Origin: Alphaproteobacteria bacterium
Lineage (GTDB): Bacteria > Pseudomonadota > Alphaproteobacteria > SMXP01
DNA length: 64,000 nt
Reading direction: 5' to 3'
NCBI GenBank assembly: GCA_028285305.1
Contig: JANQPV010000022.1
Coordinates: 137,322-201,321 of the forward strand
Below, in pieces: positions 45,393 to 55,188 of this stretch. The stretch's first letter is position 1. Each line of letters opens with the position of its first letter. The notes below the pieces were generated by a model. That model worked only from the letters and a program-made list of their open reading frames with translations, made no database searches and was not told the DNA's origin. The position numbers and the translations under genes were made by a program.

Positions 45393-46424
45393 TTAGTTCA
45401 CTCCGGCCCGCAAACAATCGTGCAGATGGATAATCCCTTTCGGTTTTCGGGGGGCGTCGGGACTTTGCTGCTCTTCATTGATCACGAACAACATCGTGAT
45501 GTTGGAGTTGTTCATGAACCCAACCGCTTCGGCGACCAATGCCGTTTGGCGGATTGTCTTCGGATTTGGCGTCATCACGTCAGATGCGGTTTTGTCGCTC
45601 ACATCAGAGTCGATGTGGCGCCTCAAATCGCCATCAGTAAATATGCCCATCAATCGACCGCTCTCGTCAAGGACGCCCACGCATCCCAACCTCTTTGATG
45701 TCATTTCCAGGATCATGTCGCGCATACTGGTGTCGGCGCGCACCAAGGGCATTTCGGCACCGGAATGCATAATGTCTTGCACACGAAGCAACGATTTTCC
45801 AAGTTGACCGCCCGGATGCAACACCCGGTAGTCATCACTTGTGAATCCTTTTCGCGCCATGAGAGCAACCGCAAGGGCATCGCCCAGAGCCAACGTCATC
45901 GTCGACGATGTGGTTGGGGCGAGGCCCATGGGGCATGCTTCCGGGGCTTGGGGTAACAGCAATTTCACGTCGGCGGCACGCATAAGTGCGCTGTCCGCTT
46001 TTGCGCACATGGCAATCAGTGGAATGTTGTATCGTTTTGCATGGGCGGTGAGGGCAGCCAGCTCTTGGCTTTCGCCTGAATTTGAAATCATCAAAACGGC
46101 GTCATCCCTAGTGATCATTCCCAAGTCGCCATGGGATGCCTCGCCTGAATGAACAAATTGCGCGGGCGTGCCCGTAGATGAAAGCGTGGATGCGATTTTG
46201 ACCCCGATTTGACCGCTCTTGCCAACGCCGCTGACAATTACTCGGCCGCGGACCCGGGCCAATTTGTCCACAGCGGAGATGAAGTCTCCGTTGAGTGAGG
46301 CGTCCAATTCCCTTAGGCCCTCGATTTCTGTCTCAATGACCGCTTTCGCGGTCGCAAGATCGTCGGAAATTGGGGTTGTCCTCGCCGATTTGGTTGCAGT
46401 CGCACGGTTTGATTTTTTGGCCAT
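45393..46424 (-). CDS. kdsD: KpsF/GutQ-family arabinose-5-phosphate isomerase (SIS + tandem CBS)
   Basis: SIS domain (SGVGKSG) followed by two CBS domains. Upstream of lptCAB. Confidence 0.8.
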   Translation of the reverse strand: MAKKSNRATATKSARTTPISDDLATAKAVIETEIEGLRELDASLNGDFISAVDKLARVRGRVIVSGVGKSGQIGVKIASTLSSTGTPAQFVHSGEASHGDLGMITRDDAVLMISNSGESQELAALTAHAKRYNIPLIAMCAKADSALMRAADVKLLLPQAPEACPMGLAPTTSSTMTLALGDALAVALMARKGFTSDDYRVLHPGGQLGKSLLRVQDIMHSGAEMPLVRADTSMRDMILEMTSKRLGCVGVLDESGRLMGIFTDGDLRRHIDSDVSDKTASDVMTPNPKTIRQTALVAEAVGFMNNSNITMLFVINEEQQSPDAPRKPKGIIHLHDCLRAGVN

Positions 46425-46625
46425 ACTTTGTTGCCGCTTTATGTTCCCGCGAACAAATTCGAATTTGACTACAATGCCATCAATTTCGGCGTTGGAAAAG
46501 GGCGCCGCCCGGCGAACGCACCAAGAGTTTTAGCTAAGATTTTCGAGCCAATTGTGGCAAAGATCGCGGTCCGGTCTTGATCTGCTCTCACAATAGCGAG
46601 CCGAGCCGACGTAATCCTTAATGCG

Positions 46626-47237
46626 TTACGCGTGCGCAAATATATCTTCTTCCCAGCCGGCAATATCAAGGGCGGCTCGGGTCGGTAGAAACGAAAACAC
46701 TTCGTGCGCAAGTTCCAGTCGGTTTTCTCGAATCAACATAGCTTCCAGTTTGTCCTTCAGCTTGTGCAAGTGGAGAACATCTGATGCGGCGTAGGCCAAC
46801 TGAGCTTCCGACAATTCGCTTGCGGCCCAGTCTGAACTTTGCTGTTGTTTGCTCAAGTCCACATTTAACAGCTCTTTGCAGATGTCCTTGAGTCCGTGTC
46901 GGTCTGTGTACGTGCGAACAAGCTTGGATGCGATTTTCGTACAGAACACGGGCCGCGTCTCGATGCCGAGATAGATCTTCAGAACTGCAATGTCGAAGCG
47001 GGCGAAGTGAAAGATTTTGGTTCGTTCCGCATCGGCGAGTTGAGCCTTTAGATTTGGGCACGGGTAGTCGGGCCGGGACATCTGAACGACGTGGGCATCG
47101 CCGTCGCCCGCCGAAACCTGGACAACGCAGAGGGCATCGCGGTGAAGCCTCAGTCCCAACGTTTCCGTGTCCACCGCGACGACAGGACCCAAGTCAATAC
47201 CGTCCGGCAAATCACCGCGATGATGGTGTATAGTCAT
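46626..47237 (-). CDS. 3'-5' exonuclease domain protein (RNase D-like)
   Basis: 203 aa. DEDDy exonuclease motifs VAVDTETLGL and YAASDV. Confidence 0.65.
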   Translation of the reverse strand: MTIHHHRGDLPDGIDLGPVVAVDTETLGLRLHRDALCVVQVSAGDGDAHVVQMSRPDYPCPNLKAQLADAERTKIFHFARFDIAVLKIYLGIETRPVFCTKIASKLVRTYTDRHGLKDICKELLNVDLSKQQQSSDWAASELSEAQLAYAASDVLHLHKLKDKLEAMLIRENRLELAHEVFSFLPTRAALDIAGWEEDIFAHA

Positions 47238-47277
47238 TCGAATTGACCCACTGTTGTGCCTTGGGGGAAATGTGAGA

Positions 47278-47364
47278 TGGTGCCCAGGAGAAGACTCGAA
47301 CTTCCACGCCTATACAGGCACTAGCACCTGAAGCTAGCGCGTCTACCAATTCCGCCACCTGGGC
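47278..47364 (-). tRNA. tRNA-Leu (anticodon CAG)
   Basis: The reverse complement folds as a canonical type II tRNA: GCCCAGGTGGCGGAATTGGTAGACGCGCTAGCTTCAGGTGCTAGTGCCTGTATAGGCGTGGAAGTTCGAGTCTTCTCCTGGGCACCA. It has a 7-bp acceptor stem, the CTAGC/GCTAG anticodon stem with loop TTCAGGT, a long variable arm, a GTTCGAGT T-loop and an encoded CCA. Confidence 0.85.
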
Positions 47365-47515
47365 AAGAGGGAAATGCCTACTCTCGAGCCGGTTCAAAGT
47401 CAACGCGGCAGCTCGCATGGTTCATTCAGCTATGGCAATACAGCACAGGCTTGTTTCCTTTAACAAAGGGTTTCTTACATGTAGGTATCATTGAGTTTGA
47501 TACGCGGAGGAAAAT

Positions 47516-48478
47516 ATGTCGGCACGCCTGGTTACGGTTTTCGGAAGTGACGGATTTATCGGGCGCTATGTAGTTCGGGCGCTTGCGCGCTCAGGGTTCC
47601 GCATCCGTGCTGTCACGCGTAAGCCACATACGGCCGGTTTCTTGCGCCCTCTGGGAGCGGTTGGCCAAATTCAGATCGAAAAAGGCGATGTGAAAGTTTC
47701 GGATAGTGTCCGCCGTTTGGTGGCTGGTTCGGACGCGGTGGTCAATCTTGTCGGTATCCTGCACAATTCGGGATCGCAGACGTTTCGGTCCATTCATGAA
47801 GAGGCGCCCCATCGCATTGCTCAGGCGTGTGCGGAACATGGGGTCCGTTCCTTTGTCCAGATTTCGGCGATCGGTGCGAGCGAAGAGTCGAGTTCAGCGT
47901 ATGCCCGCTCCAAAGCCAGGGGTGAACAATTGGCTTGGGAGGCGTTGCCTTCCACTGTGGCTGTCCGGCCTTCTCTTGTGTTCGGATCCGAGGACGGTTT
48001 CTTCAATCGCTTCGCGGGGCTTGCTCAGATCAGCCCGGCTCTTCCGCTGATTGGCGGAGGGAAGAATTTGGTTCAACCGGTTTACGTTGGTGACTTGGCG
48101 AGTGCCGTTGATCGCATTTTGAATCAAGATGCATCAGGCCCCCGGATCTTTGAGATCGGTGGCCCAACCATTTATTCGTTCAAAGAAGTCATGGAGCTGG
48201 TCCTGGAATATAGCGAACGCGAACGTTTGCTTGTCCCCATCCCTTATAACATCGCGAAAGCCTTGGGCGCGGTTCTTGGTGTGCTTCCGAACCCCCAGCT
48301 GACGATGGATCAGGTAGAGCTCTTGAAGGCCGACAACGTGGTTCGTTCGGACGGTTCGGTTGGGACACTGAACGATTTGAATATTCTGCCGCGATCAGTG
48401 GAACAGATTGTTCCCACATATCTGTATCGCTTCCGGAAACACGGTCAATACGACGACGAGCCTGTGGCTGAGAGCTAG
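47516..48478 (+). CDS. NAD(P)H-binding protein, complex I NDUFA9-like / NAD-dependent epimerase family
   Basis: Rossmann VTVFGSDGFIGRYVVRAL at the N-terminus. 320 aa. Confidence 0.7.
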   Translation: MSARLVTVFGSDGFIGRYVVRALARSGFRIRAVTRKPHTAGFLRPLGAVGQIQIEKGDVKVSDSVRRLVAGSDAVVNLVGILHNSGSQTFRSIHEEAPHRIAQACAEHGVRSFVQISAIGASEESSSAYARSKARGEQLAWEALPSTVAVRPSLVFGSEDGFFNRFAGLAQISPALPLIGGGKNLVQPVYVGDLASAVDRILNQDASGPRIFEIGGPTIYSFKEVMELVLEYSERERLLVPIPYNIAKALGAVLGVLPNPQLTMDQVELLKADNVVRSDGSVGTLNDLNILPRSVEQIVPTYLYRFRKHGQYDDEPVAES

Positions 48479-48497
48479 TTTGTTCGCGGTATAACTT

Positions 48498-48512
48498 GTG
48501 TCCTGAGGACAC
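48498..48512 (+). terminator. short hairpin 20 nt after the NDUFA9-like gene stop
   Basis: GTGTCC-tga-GGACAC perfect inverted repeat. Confidence 0.2.
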
Positions 48513-48682
48513 GGGTTCTGTTCCATCCCTTGACTTTAAAAGAACTGGCGTCTGGCGATTGCGCACAGTGCTTGTGCACGCAATGGGGTCTGGCTCGCGC
48601 AAAATCATCGCGATTTTTATCCGGGTAATATTGACTTAATTCTATCCGGGTATAAATATGCTGTTCTAAAGGAGGATCAGTT

Positions 48683-49279
48683 ATGACCGGTTTCGCGGAA
48701 AAGTCCGTAGTGGCGTTTGACGGAGACACATTGATCGCATCGGGGCCGCTGGTTTCCATAGTCCGGGCGGTCAAGGAAGCGGCCGATGAGGGCGGCACCA
48801 TCTTGATCTTCGACAAAGAAGATAGCCGGCCGGTCGAAGTGGACTTGCGCGGCGGGCTGGAGGATGTGTTGGACCGGCTTGGAAACAAGGAAGTTCCAGA
48901 CTCTCCCCCGCCAAAGGGTCGAGGCCGGCCCAAGCTAGGGGTTGTCGGCAGGGAGGTTACGCTCTTACCGAGGCACTGGGAGTGGCTTTCGAAGCAGCCT
49001 GGCGGCGCATCTGTAGCGCTGCGCAAATTGGTCGAAGACGCCAGACGTACGCAGTCTCCGGAACAGCGTGCGCGCCAAGCCAAAGATGCCGTCTACAGAT
49101 TTATGCTCGCTATTGCAGGGGACTTTCCCGGCTACGAGGAAGCATTGCGTGCACTCTTCGCCGACCATCGCGAAAAATTCAATCGGGAGATCGAGGATTG
49201 GCCGCATGACATTCGCGGTCACGTGGAAGCGCTCGCGGCAAACGCGTTTGTGGTAACTAAAAGGGAGCGGCGCTCTTAA
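48683..49279 (+). CDS. DUF2239-like conserved hypothetical protein
   Basis: 198 aa with a strong AAGGAGG SD. The family call is from memory. Confidence 0.4.
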   Translation: MTGFAEKSVVAFDGDTLIASGPLVSIVRAVKEAADEGGTILIFDKEDSRPVEVDLRGGLEDVLDRLGNKEVPDSPPPKGRGRPKLGVVGREVTLLPRHWEWLSKQPGGASVALRKLVEDARRTQSPEQRARQAKDAVYRFMLAIAGDFPGYEEALRALFADHREKFNREIEDWPHDIRGHVEALAANAFVVTKRERRS

Positions 49280-49323
49280 CGGTTTCGCCGCCTACGAACA
49301 CCGGCCGATCCTTTTGACCACCG

Positions 49324-50178
49324 CTACTGGGCTGGTTTGCGGAATCTGAGAGTAAACCGGTCGCTCTCACCAATCGCGATGTAGGACGATTGATCGAAGT
49401 CGGGGTTTGGATCTTCGCCTCTGGGAGCGCTGCGCAATGTAGGCGGCAATGTCCAAACACCGAAGGGATGATCAGCCGTGTCCTTGGGGTTGTTATTAAC
49501 ATCCGATGCAGCTTCGAAGACGAAGCCAACACTTTCGATCAGTTTGATCGTGTCGTCTTCGTGCAGGTATCCGGACGAGACTTCATCGTCTTGAGCGATG
49601 GATTTGGGAAGTCTGTGATCAACAACGCCTAAAACCCCGCCGGGCTTTAGGGCCACATACATATCAGTCAGAGCTTTTTCGGCGTATCCACCCGGAACCA
49701 TATTGTGGACATTGCGAAAGGTAACGACCAGGTCCGCGCTCCCTGCCGGAGCGATCGTCTCGCCCTCTAGGGCAGGGAAAACCGTATTGTTCACTGCGCC
49801 GTAGATTTCCGGCTGGTCGATGAACGTTTCTTTGAAGTTCTTAAGGGCAGCTGCAACGAAGGAACGGTCGCTGTTCGGATCAAAATTGGCTGAATAATAG
49901 GTTCCGCCAGTTTGGTTCACGTAAGGAGCGAGGATCTTTGTATACCAGCCGCGCCCGGGCCAAATTTCAACGACCGTTGCTCCAGGCTCAAGGCCGAAGA
50001 ATGCCAATGTCTCCTGAGGATTGCGAAACTCATCGCGAGCGCGTTCTTCTTCGGAACGCCAATCGCCTGCCAGGATTTCGCTTAGGTCTAGTGCGGGCTC
50101 CTCGGCCAGCGCTCCATTCATTACCGGTTGGACCAAAATTCCAATCAGCATCAACAAACTCAGCCGAGACAGCTTCAT
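49324..50178 (-). CDS. secreted class I SAM-dependent methyltransferase
   Basis: ATG MKLSRLSLLMLIGIL at 50178 with a GAGAGGA SD. Signal peptide. Methyltransferase motif I VVEIWPGRGWY. Confidence 0.6.
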   Translation of the reverse strand: MKLSRLSLLMLIGILVQPVMNGALAEEPALDLSEILAGDWRSEEERARDEFRNPQETLAFFGLEPGATVVEIWPGRGWYTKILAPYVNQTGGTYYSANFDPNSDRSFVAAALKNFKETFIDQPEIYGAVNNTVFPALEGETIAPAGSADLVVTFRNVHNMVPGGYAEKALTDMYVALKPGGVLGVVDHRLPKSIAQDDEVSSGYLHEDDTIKLIESVGFVFEAASDVNNNPKDTADHPFGVWTLPPTLRSAPRGEDPNPDFDQSSYIAIGESDRFTLRFRKPAQ

Positions 50179-50281
50179 CTTTCGTCCTCTCAATACTTAC
50201 TTTTATGGCCTTACCTAGAACGGGCAGATATCGCGGTGCAAGCGTGTTCACTCTTTCTTGAACGTGCTTTTCGTCCTTGTT

Positions 50282-51532
50282 TTAGGTGGCCGTTCCCTGA
50301 TTGACTTGGGGGGCTTTGACCGCAGCCTTTACCACCGGGATGTCGCTATCTGCCAGAGGCTGCATTTTGGTCTTTCTATTCAGCGCTGCCGTTACGTAGG
50401 GCGTTAACTCCTCGGCCTTCGCTTGCTCCCGGGGATCGACACCCAATTTAAACTCAGGCAGTACCTTGTCCGCAAAGAGATTCAGGGACCGGCAGATCTC
50501 CGCGTGACTGTTTCGTCCCGCCTGCTGCAAGAGGATGATCTGGTCCACGCCGGCTTCTTGAAAGTCATGAATGTGGGCGCGGAAATCATCCGGCGTGCCG
50601 ATTCCCGGCGCGTGGCCCCCGTCAGTGCCGATTTCAGCGGCTTCGATCAACTCTTCTGTGCGGTTGCCGCGCATCTTTTGAAAGTCCCCCCACATATCGG
50701 TTCGACCGGGAACAACGTCGGTGGTGACCATTGTCGCCAAGGCATAGCCAAAGAACTCGAACCCTTCTTGACCTCTGCGGATGGCTTCGGACCGGTCTTC
50801 ATGAAGCGAGAAGGCCGACACCATTGCAATGTTCGCATTTACGCTATGTCCAATTGGTACGCATGCATCGCTTTTGATTATGTCGTAATAGATATCACTC
50901 CAGGTTTTTGCCTCATCGGGATCAACGAACGAGAACGCAAGGGCGCCGACACCCAGACTTGCCGCGACTTTGATCGTGTCACGATTGGTGCAGGCCATCC
51001 ACATGGGCGGATGGGGCTTTTGTAACGGTTTCGGCAGCACGTTGCGGCAGGGAAAGGAAAAGTGTTCGCCGTCGTATCCGGGATAAGGGTCCATGACCAT
51101 CATGTTGGCGATTTGCTCGGCTGCTTCGAGGCACATGGCGCGCTTCTTTTTGGCTTCAATGCCGAAACCGTGCAGTTCGAGCCGGGTGGCGCCCTCACCA
51201 ATCCCAAACTGTGCCCGGCCATTGGATATCAAATCCAATGCGGCCAGTGTCTCCGCGGTTCGCGCCGGATGATTATAGTTCGGAATAACCTGACGAATGC
51301 CGTGGCCGACCTTGATGTTTTTCGTTCGGGCTGCGGCCGCTGACAGGAACACCTCCGGGGCCGAGCAGTGGGAATACTCATCCAGGAAATGATGTTCCAC
51401 CGCCCAGGCGTAGTCGATGCCCAACCGATCCGCGAGCACGATTTGATCGAGGGCCTCGTTGTACAGTTTATGTTCGTCCATCTCGTCCCACGGTTTAGGA
51501 AGCTGAAGCTCGTAAAAAACGCCAAATCTCAT
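50282..51532 (-). CDS. LLM-class (luciferase-like) flavin-dependent oxidoreductase
   Basis: Start reassigned to ATG MRFGVFYELQLP at 51532. The track ORF extends 97 codons further upstream with a non-protein-like sequence. TIM-barrel LLM motifs throughout. Confidence 0.75.
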   Translation of the reverse strand: MRFGVFYELQLPKPWDEMDEHKLYNEALDQIVLADRLGIDYAWAVEHHFLDEYSHCSAPEVFLSAAAARTKNIKVGHGIRQVIPNYNHPARTAETLAALDLISNGRAQFGIGEGATRLELHGFGIEAKKKRAMCLEAAEQIANMMVMDPYPGYDGEHFSFPCRNVLPKPLQKPHPPMWMACTNRDTIKVAASLGVGALAFSFVDPDEAKTWSDIYYDIIKSDACVPIGHSVNANIAMVSAFSLHEDRSEAIRRGQEGFEFFGYALATMVTTDVVPGRTDMWGDFQKMRGNRTEELIEAAEIGTDGGHAPGIGTPDDFRAHIHDFQEAGVDQIILLQQAGRNSHAEICRSLNLFADKVLPEFKLGVDPREQAKAEELTPYVTAALNRKTKMQPLADSDIPVVKAAVKAPQVNQGTAT

Positions 51533-52097
51533 GGGGCTCGTCCTCTTTTTATGGTCTCGATCTCGCAGGGGCTGGCAGGTCGTTCTGATCGTCTGCTCCC
51601 GTTCCCTGAGGATTCCCTTTACCACATCTGTCAGAGAGTGGAACCCGATACGGCCTGGTCCATTCCCGTCCCAATTTGAGACGTTGGCTAACCTATTTGG
51701 GAGACTATTCGATTTGCTCCTTCTACTGATTGAATGTGTGGGTTTCGTTTGGCGACGAGACTGCTTGTCCTTTATTGGCACATGTTTGAAAGCATTAACG
51801 CGGTAGGGCATTAAGGTTTTCAAAAGTTAATTTAACCATCTCTGTACGGAATCACATGCGTTCGCCGCCTCTGAACGTAGCACCAAAGCAACAGTCCGTA
51901 CCGTTATAATCAGTTAACTATCTTTGCTTCTTTAATCAGAGGCGTATTCCAATATTTTCTGCCCATGCCGTTCGCGGGGTCCGTTCTTTCAAGGGTCATC
52001 GCTAGCGGTCGCCTCAGCTTCCAGATGGGGGCCGGCCAATAACAATAATGAGCGCAAAGCGCCGATAAGGCAGCGGAGACTGCCGCGGGGTATAAAA

Positions 52098-55049
52098 ATG
52101 ATAATAAAGTCCACCGCACTCGAGTCTGAGACTCAAACTGATTCATTGACCGCAAAATCGACGGCGAAGGGTTCCGGAATACGGAGAACCGCGAAGCGGC
52201 TTCTTGCAACGACAGCGACGTGCGCTCTTATTTCCGCGGCCACAATGATGGGGTCGGGTACGGCGTTTGCGGAGTGTCCTACTGACAGTGATGAGGCGAT
52301 CCTCGATTTTTGTTTCGAAGACCAGGCAATCAGCATTCTTCCTTCTGGTGGGCGTCCCCCGGTGATCGTGAAGGTCGACATTCCGATCTTACATGACACG
52401 CCACAATTGCTCGGGCCGAATACGGTTTCGCCTTCCCTCGCCAATTTGGGCTTCATCTACATGGAACGCGCACATGTTCCTTCGGGACCGTCTGTTCCCA
52501 GCCTGAACAATCTGACAAGTTTGGGTCCGAACGCTTCGGTATCGGGGAAAGTCTATTCCCGCGCGACGGTTGGAACACTGCTTCCTCCCCATGGGGGCAC
52601 AGTCATCTTTGGCGCTGACGCCGGCATATTGAGCGATGGCGAGATTCTGGATGCGGATGCCGGTGCTGTGAAATTGCCCCCCGTTCCCTCATTTGGGGTT
52701 GGCTTTGATGCAGGATATGATGTTCACGCCCAAGCCGGGTTGGGTATTTTCGGTGATGACGTTTATGTGAAGAGTTCAGGGTCCATTTCCTTACGGGCGC
52801 CTGTCTCGCTCGCGAAGCTGCCGGGTGTTTATTTCTTCCCGTTCAATGCAGCGCCTGGACCCAACGGAGTGCCGCAAGGCATATATGTTCCGATTGTGAA
52901 CGGCGATCTCACGCCTCTCAAACAACTCATGGCAAACGCGGCGGGCGGCATCATTAGCTCGAGCCCCACATTGGCGAGCGGCGCCACGCTGCAAGAAATC
53001 ATTGCCAATATGGTTCAAGCAAATGGTGGACAGCTCCCTGCTTCTCCACTTTCACAACACCCGCTGGCCAACGTTGTACCTGCGGCCGTGTTGCAGCGAC
53101 TCATCGGCCTTGTTCCGGACAGCATTCCAGGCCCGCACCCCTTTATTGGTCTGTCCGGTCCCGATTCTTCCGGTGACTTGAACTTGGGAATTTTTGTACC
53201 GGGCGAGCCTTCCTTAAACCCGACTCCCGGGATCGGTGTGCATTTCGACATTGACGATATGTCGCTCAGTGCACGCAACGATTGGAGTGTCGGGGTCAAC
53301 GGTCAAGATCTTTATAGCGGCTGGAACTATCTTGGAGGCCCGCTGAACGAAAACATCATTGTGCCTGCGGGGGCCCGTTTGGGTGGTCACGGCGTCATTG
53401 CCGGTTCGACTATAGTACAAGCCGGTGGTGCGATTGCACCGGGCATTCACGGTGTTGGCGTGTTGTCGGCTGAGAGCTTCTTGTTTGAGACTGGATCGGT
53501 CCTCCAAGTGGACGTCGATCCTGTTCAAAATCTTGCGGATGCAGTTGTGGCCGCAACCACCGTAACCATTCAGCCGGGTGTGACGCTCGACTTGAACGTG
53601 ATCAATCCCCAGTTTCTGCAAGATCAACAGCAGTTCGTCATCGCCTCCGCGCCGGTGGTTTCCCTGGAGGAGCCCCTGTTTGTCCAAGGCGTGCCCACCG
53701 GCTTTGATTTTGTCGCCGGCGTGACGCCAGACAGCAGTCTTCTTCTCATTCAGTTCATGTCGCAGTTCTTGAATTTCACTCAAATTGCGGGTTTGACGGA
53801 AAATCAGTTGCAGGTTGCCCAAGTTCTGGAAAACCTCCAACTCCTGAATGGAACGGCGGCTAACGTGAATCCGCTTGTGGACATGATTGAGACCTTACCG
53901 GCTAATCAGCAGGCCGGAGCACTCGACAGTTTGTCTGGTGAAGGCCTGGTCAATATTCCCGAAGCGGCGATTGCGGACTCAAGCAGTTTCCTTGGTATCT
54001 TGAGTTCGCGGTTCGGTTTGGTTCACGACGGCGGATTTCTTGTCGGTTCGCGTGGTGGCAACACTGCTGAGAGAAGTTTTGCCGATATCAGCGCGGGAAT
54101 GCGACCTCTGGGATCGAGTCAATATTCAGCATCGATTGCGGACAAAATCTTTGGCACGTATGGTGGGGCCCCTCTCATTGCTGCAGCATCCAGTATTTCA
54201 AGAGACATTCATGGTCCGGATGGTTATGCCGCATGGATCGAGGGGTACGCGGTCCAAGGCAACCTCGAAGCTCGAGATGCCGGATCTGCAGATACTGACT
54301 ATTCCGTTTACGGCATATCAGCGGGAGCAGATCATCTTTTCGAGGACATTGGTTTGTTGTTCGGTGCAGCGTTTAGTTACTCCTACAGTACCAGCGAGGT
54401 CGATGCGCGTTCCACCGAAGTTGACGGCAATACGTTCCGTGCATCGATTTATGGGGGCAAGGCGCTTGGCAGAGGCTATATCGCCGGTGCCATGTCGTAT
54501 GCACAAACTCAATTCGACAGTGAGCGGGCCATCACGTTTGCAGGAAGTGCGGCGGAAGCCCAGTTCGATGGAAACGAGTTTACCGCTTACATTGAGGGCG
54601 GCTACGCTTTCAATCCCGTGGGCGAGTTGATCTGGGAACCCGTTGCTTCCGCCCGAGCGACAAACTTCGAGTTTGACGGATACACGGAGGAAGGGGCTGG
54701 AACGGCGAATCTCACAGTTGCCAGCCGGACTGTCGAATCCATCGAGTTTTCTGTCGGTCAGCGGTTTCGCCATCCTGTCGAGATGCGCGGCGACGTGACA
54801 CTCGTACCGGAACTCAGAACTTTCTATAACTTTGAGACCAAAGATCTCGATCGATCCGTTGAAGCTACTCTTGGCGGTGCAACATTTTTGGTCACAGGTG
54901 CTGAGGCTCCCAATTCAACGGCGACCGTCGGGGTCGGGTTGAATGCGCACCTTGGTGACCGTCAACGCTTGTCTTTCGACTACGATGCCGAGCTTGCCAG
55001 CCGTTTAACGGAGCACACCCTTGCGGCGAGGTTCCGGTGGGCATTCTAA
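52098..55049 (+). CDS. autotransporter (type Va secretion) protein
   Basis: Extended N-terminal signal peptide, a ~650-aa Gly/Ser/Thr-rich beta-helix-like passenger, and a ~280-aa C-terminal beta-barrel domain ending in RFRWAF. Confidence 0.75.
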   Translation: MIIKSTALESETQTDSLTAKSTAKGSGIRRTAKRLLATTATCALISAATMMGSGTAFAECPTDSDEAILDFCFEDQAISILPSGGRPPVIVKVDIPILHDTPQLLGPNTVSPSLANLGFIYMERAHVPSGPSVPSLNNLTSLGPNASVSGKVYSRATVGTLLPPHGGTVIFGADAGILSDGEILDADAGAVKLPPVPSFGVGFDAGYDVHAQAGLGIFGDDVYVKSSGSISLRAPVSLAKLPGVYFFPFNAAPGPNGVPQGIYVPIVNGDLTPLKQLMANAAGGIISSSPTLASGATLQEIIANMVQANGGQLPASPLSQHPLANVVPAAVLQRLIGLVPDSIPGPHPFIGLSGPDSSGDLNLGIFVPGEPSLNPTPGIGVHFDIDDMSLSARNDWSVGVNGQDLYSGWNYLGGPLNENIIVPAGARLGGHGVIAGSTIVQAGGAIAPGIHGVGVLSAESFLFETGSVLQVDVDPVQNLADAVVAATTVTIQPGVTLDLNVINPQFLQDQQQFVIASAPVVSLEEPLFVQGVPTGFDFVAGVTPDSSLLLIQFMSQFLNFTQIAGLTENQLQVAQVLENLQLLNGTAANVNPLVDMIETLPANQQAGALDSLSGEGLVNIPEAAIADSSSFLGILSSRFGLVHDGGFLVGSRGGNTAERSFADISAGMRPLGSSQYSASIADKIFGTYGGAPLIAAASSISRDIHGPDGYAAWIEGYAVQGNLEARDAGSADTDYSVYGISAGADHLFEDIGLLFGAAFSYSYSTSEVDARSTEVDGNTFRASIYGGKALGRGYIAGAMSYAQTQFDSERAITFAGSAAEAQFDGNEFTAYIEGGYAFNPVGELIWEPVASARATNFEFDGYTEEGAGTANLTVASRTVESIEFSVGQRFRHPVEMRGDVTLVPELRTFYNFETKDLDRSVEATLGGATFLVTGAEAPNSTATVGVGLNAHLGDRQRLSFDYDAELASRLTEHTLAARFRWAF

Positions 55050-55188
55050 ATGTGGCCGGTTGGGGAGCAGAATCGCGTTGGGAGATCAATGGTACACATT
55101 AGTTGTGAGTAATGAATAGAATCTCGCAAATTGCGACAAATTCGGTTACATGGCCCTATTTGGTCAAGTATAGGTTCGAACAGATAAT

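Noticed and set aside
47278-47364. tRNA-Leu as a genomic-island integration site
   Set aside because: No integrase, direct repeat of the tRNA 3' end, or compositional shift is seen on either side.
47212-47418. 68-aa minus-strand ORF
   Set aside because: It overlaps the tRNA-Leu gene. Spurious.
48475-49083. 202-aa minus-strand ORF
   Set aside because: Antisense to the DUF2239-like gene and NDUFA9-like 3' end. Ser/Pro/Arg-rich.
51533-51823. 5' extension of the LLM oxidoreductase ORF
   Set aside because: The extension is basic and low-complexity. Canonical LLM N-terminus MRFGVFYE begins at 51532.
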